A stretch of DNA of 38,564 nucleotides, taken from sequence record DRR723986_7356. One strand, 5' to 3'. A model generated the notes under the pieces. It was not told the DNA's origin. It saw nothing but the letters and a program-made list of their open reading frames with translations, and searched no databases. The position numbers and the translations under genes were made by a program. Within the stretch, counting starts at the first letter, position 1. Each line of letters starts with the position of its first letter. Of the stretch, positions 36,205 through 38,564 are shown piece by piece.

Positions 36205-36858
36205 TTAAGTCGTTTTTTCTCTGAACTTGCAAATGTCGATTATCTTGCATTTACCGCACTCGGGCTTGCGGGCCTTGCAGATATAGCGGCCATGCAAAAT
36301 CAGCCAGTGGTGCGCATTCATTTGGAAGGGTTCGGGGATCACTTTTTCCAGCGCGCGCTCCACCTGCAGCACATTCTTGCCCGGCGCGAGGCCGGTTCGG
36401 TTCGACACCCGGAAAATATGCGTGTCCACCGCGCAGGTGGGGTGGCCAAAGGCAATGTTGCGCACCACAAGCGCTGTTTTGCGGCCAACGCCGGCGAGCG
36501 ATTCAAGCTCCTCCTGGGTTTCCGGCACCTCAGAGTTGAATTTCTCGATCAGGTCTTCGCACAGCTTGATCACATTTTTGGCTTTGGTGTTAAAAAGCCC
36601 GATGGTTTTGATGTGTTCCTTCACGCCGTCCAGACCCAGCGCGAGCATTTTCTCCGGCGTATCAGCAATGGGCCACAGGTTTTTCGTAGCCTTGTTCACG
36701 CCCACGTCGGTGGCTTGCGCCGACAGCACCACCGCCACCAGAAGGGTGAAAGCATTGACATATTCAAGCTCGCCCTCGGGGTTTGGGGCATCGGTCGCCA
36801 GAATATCAAACAGATTGAATATATCAGCGCGGTTAAGCTTAGAGTATTTGCCTGCCAT
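36205..36858 (-). CDS. nth: Endonuclease III
   Basis: 'LLVAVVLSAQATD', HhH 'LAGVGRKTA', 'VDTHIFRV', 4Fe-4S 'CKARKPECGKCKIIDIC'. Confidence 0.97.
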   Translation of the reverse strand: MAGKYSKLNRADIFNLFDILATDAPNPEGELEYVNAFTLLVAVVLSAQATDVGVNKATKNLWPIADTPEKMLALGLDGVKEHIKTIGLFNTKAKNVIKLCEDLIEKFNSEVPETQEELESLAGVGRKTALVVRNIAFGHPTCAVDTHIFRVSNRTGLAPGKNVLQVERALEKVIPEPFQMNAHHWLILHGRYICKARKPECGKCKIIDICKFREKTT

Positions 36859-37622
36859 CAGCCTAAATCCTTTGTTAGCTCTTGGACAAGGTCGTCCACC
36901 ACCCGCACTAAGCGTTTCAGGTCGTTGGGTTCCGACAGCCTATGGTCGCCGCCCGGCACCAGAATCACTTCCGTGTCGTCGCCGGTAAGGTTGCCCGCAA
37001 TTGCCGTTGCGGTCTGCCACGGCACGTCCGGGTCGGCCATGCCCTGTATCAATCGCACGGGGATATCCAAGTGAATGGGGCCGTGGTTCACGCGGTTTTG
37101 CCAGCCATCATCAAACAGGGCTTTTGTGAAGACATAAGGGTCAGGGCCGTAGTCTGAATAAACCTCAAGCCTGCCGTCGCGCAGAATGGTTTGCTGGTCT
37201 TCTACTGATAACTCAGCCCAGTGGCGCACGGTAAAATCAGGCGCGGCGGCGATGCCAACCAACGCTTTCACTCGCGCGCGGCGTGCTTTGGCCGCCAAAA
37301 GTGCAATCCAACCACCCATGGAACTGCCCACCAATATTTGCGGGCCTTGGGTGAGCGCGTCAATCACCGCCAATGCATCCTTAAGCCATAGGCCGATGGT
37401 GCCGTCCGCGAACTGGCCCGAAGACTGGCCGTGGCCTTGATAGTCAAACCTTACAAAGGCGCGGCCTGCGTGCTTGCAATAAGCCTCCAGCTCCAGTGCC
37501 TTGCCACCTTCCATGTCGCTCATAAAGCCACCAAGAAACACCACACCGGGGCTGGTGCCTTCGGTTTTATGATAAGCGATGGTGGTACCGTGACCCGATT
37601 CCAGAAAGGATATTTGCGCCAT
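36858..37622 (-). CDS. Alpha/beta hydrolase (ABHD10-like)
   Basis: 'GGFMSDMEGGKA', 'FDYQGHG', 'GSSMGG', 'DPDVP', 'GDHRLS'. ATG 37622 has a GGAG RBS. Its stop overlaps the nth start by 1 nt. Confidence 0.9.
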   Translation of the reverse strand: MAQISFLESGHGTTIAYHKTEGTSPGVVFLGGFMSDMEGGKALELEAYCKHAGRAFVRFDYQGHGQSSGQFADGTIGLWLKDALAVIDALTQGPQILVGSSMGGWIALLAAKARRARVKALVGIAAAPDFTVRHWAELSVEDQQTILRDGRLEVYSDYGPDPYVFTKALFDDGWQNRVNHGPIHLDIPVRLIQGMADPDVPWQTATAIAGNLTGDDTEVILVPGGDHRLSEPNDLKRLVRVVDDLVQELTKDLG

Positions 37623-37722
37623 GCGCTTGTTCTCCAATTTACCGCCTTTACCCATTGTGCTTTGCAGGTGACCCTAACAGGCCCGAATTCGCGTCTCAAT
37701 AGCTGAAAAGCCTCGGCTTTGC

Positions 37723-37751
37723 TTGACTTGAATGCGGGCAGCCGCTAACCC
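37723..37751 (+). promoter_or_regulatory. Sigma70 promoter of thrS
   Basis: TTGACT-N17-TAACCC, preceded by GC in the style of alphaproteobacterial -10 elements. Confidence 0.6.
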
Positions 37752-37790
37752 GCGTATTCCAGTTAATTTAACCACTAAAACGAGAATATC

Positions 37791-38564
37791 ATGAGCGAGA
37801 ATAAAAGTGCCCAAAACCCGGTCAACCTGCGCCTGCCCGACGGCAGCGTGCGCACGTTTGATGGCCCGGTGACAGGCACCACCCTCGCAAGCGATATTGG
37901 CCCCGGCCTGCTGAAAGCCGCGCTAGCAATAAAGGTGAACGGCGAGGTTTGGGATCTGTCACGCGAAATACACGCGGACAGCGACGTTTCAATTGTAACC
38001 AAACGCGACACCGAGGAAGCGCTGGACATTTTGCGCCACGACTGCGCGCACGTTATGGCGGAAGCAGTGCAGGAGCTATTCCCTGATACTCAGGTTACCA
38101 TTGGCCCCAACATCACTGATGGCTTTTTCTATGACTTCGCGCGCGACAAACCCTTCACCGAAGATGATCTGGCGGTGATTGAGGCGCGCATGCACGAAAT
38201 CGTTAAGCGCGACGAAGCCATTACCCGCGAAGTTTGGGACCGCGACGAAGCCATTAAGCATTTCAAGTCAATCGGTGAGAAATACAAAGCCGAGATTATA
38301 TCAGACCTGCCTTCAGGCGAAGACATTACCGTTTACCGCCAAGGTGACTGGAAAGACCTGTGCCGCGGGCCACACTTACCGTCAACGGGAAAGCTGGGTG
38401 ACGCTTTCAAACTGATGAAAGTGGCGGGTGCTTATTGGCGCGGTGACAGCAAAAACGAAATGCTTACACGCATTTACGGCACCTGCTGGACCGACAAGAA
38501 AGAGCTGAAAGCCTATCTGCACAGATTGGAAGAAGCCGAAAAGCGCGACCACCGCAAGCTGGGC
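37791..38564 (+). CDS. thrS: Threonine--tRNA ligase, 5' part (runs off the window; absent from the ORF track)
   Basis: Manual translation [19 protein letters not shown]...[18 protein letters not shown]...GFFYDF...DLCRGPH...GAYWRGD...RIYGT...[10 protein letters not shown]. Confidence 0.98.
   Translation, partial: MSENKSAQNPVNLRLPDGSVRTFDGPVTGTTLASDIGPGLLKAALAIKVNGEVWDLSREIHADSDVSIVTKRDTEEALDILRHDCAHVMAEAVQELFPDTQVTIGPNITDGFFYDFARDKPFTEDDLAVIEARMHEIVKRDEAITREVWDRDEAIKHFKSIGEKYKAEIISDLPSGEDITVYRQGDWKDLCRGPHLPSTGKLGDAFKLMKVAGAYWRGDSKNEMLTRIYGTCWTDKKELKAYLHRLEEAEKRDHRKLG

Noticed and set aside
1-38564. CRISPR array, tRNA/rRNA, IS element, integrase or anti-phage defence system
   Set aside because: I found no regularly spaced repeats, cloverleaf, or transposase/integrase/nuclease motifs by eye. 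The CPBP 'Abi' name does not by itself imply abortive infection.

Overview
Chromosomal window from an alphaproteobacterium. The gene order rsmB-rpe-heparinase II/III-like-purH, plus olsB, DUF1674 and the promoter style, fit that assignment; a finer taxonomic call is not possible from the sequence alone. I see no rRNA, tRNA, CRISPR array, transposase or phage gene. (1) 1-9.3 kb is an accessory-looking block of three membrane-anchored one-component regulators (two LytTR, one OmpR/ToxR-type wHTH-TM-TPR). Each sits beside a gene for a secreted protein or hydrolase, with a tandem direct repeat of the spacing expected for that regulator family upstream of the putative target. (2) 9.4-29.4 kb is mostly housekeeping and envelope genes: DUF481 OMP, SDR, MFS, a 584-aa conserved hypothetical, a DUF1674/SDHAF4-like gene missing from the ORF track, CPBP protease, htpX with a clear sigma32 promoter, PfkB kinase, olsB, ampG, rsmB, rpe, purH and HIT. 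(3) 29.7-36.0 kb holds three tandem paralogous Fe(II)/2OG-oxygenase-like genes (DUF6445-like), a secreted amidohydrolase, egtB-egtD (ergothioneine), and a small secreted protein with a strongly structured 5' leader. (4) The end holds nth, an alpha/beta hydrolase and the 5' part of thrS. The best candidates for an undescribed system are the oxygenase triplet (with or without egtBD), the sensor-plus-secreted-effector cassettes, and the structured leader at about 35961-36046. All family calls are by motif recognition; no database search was run.
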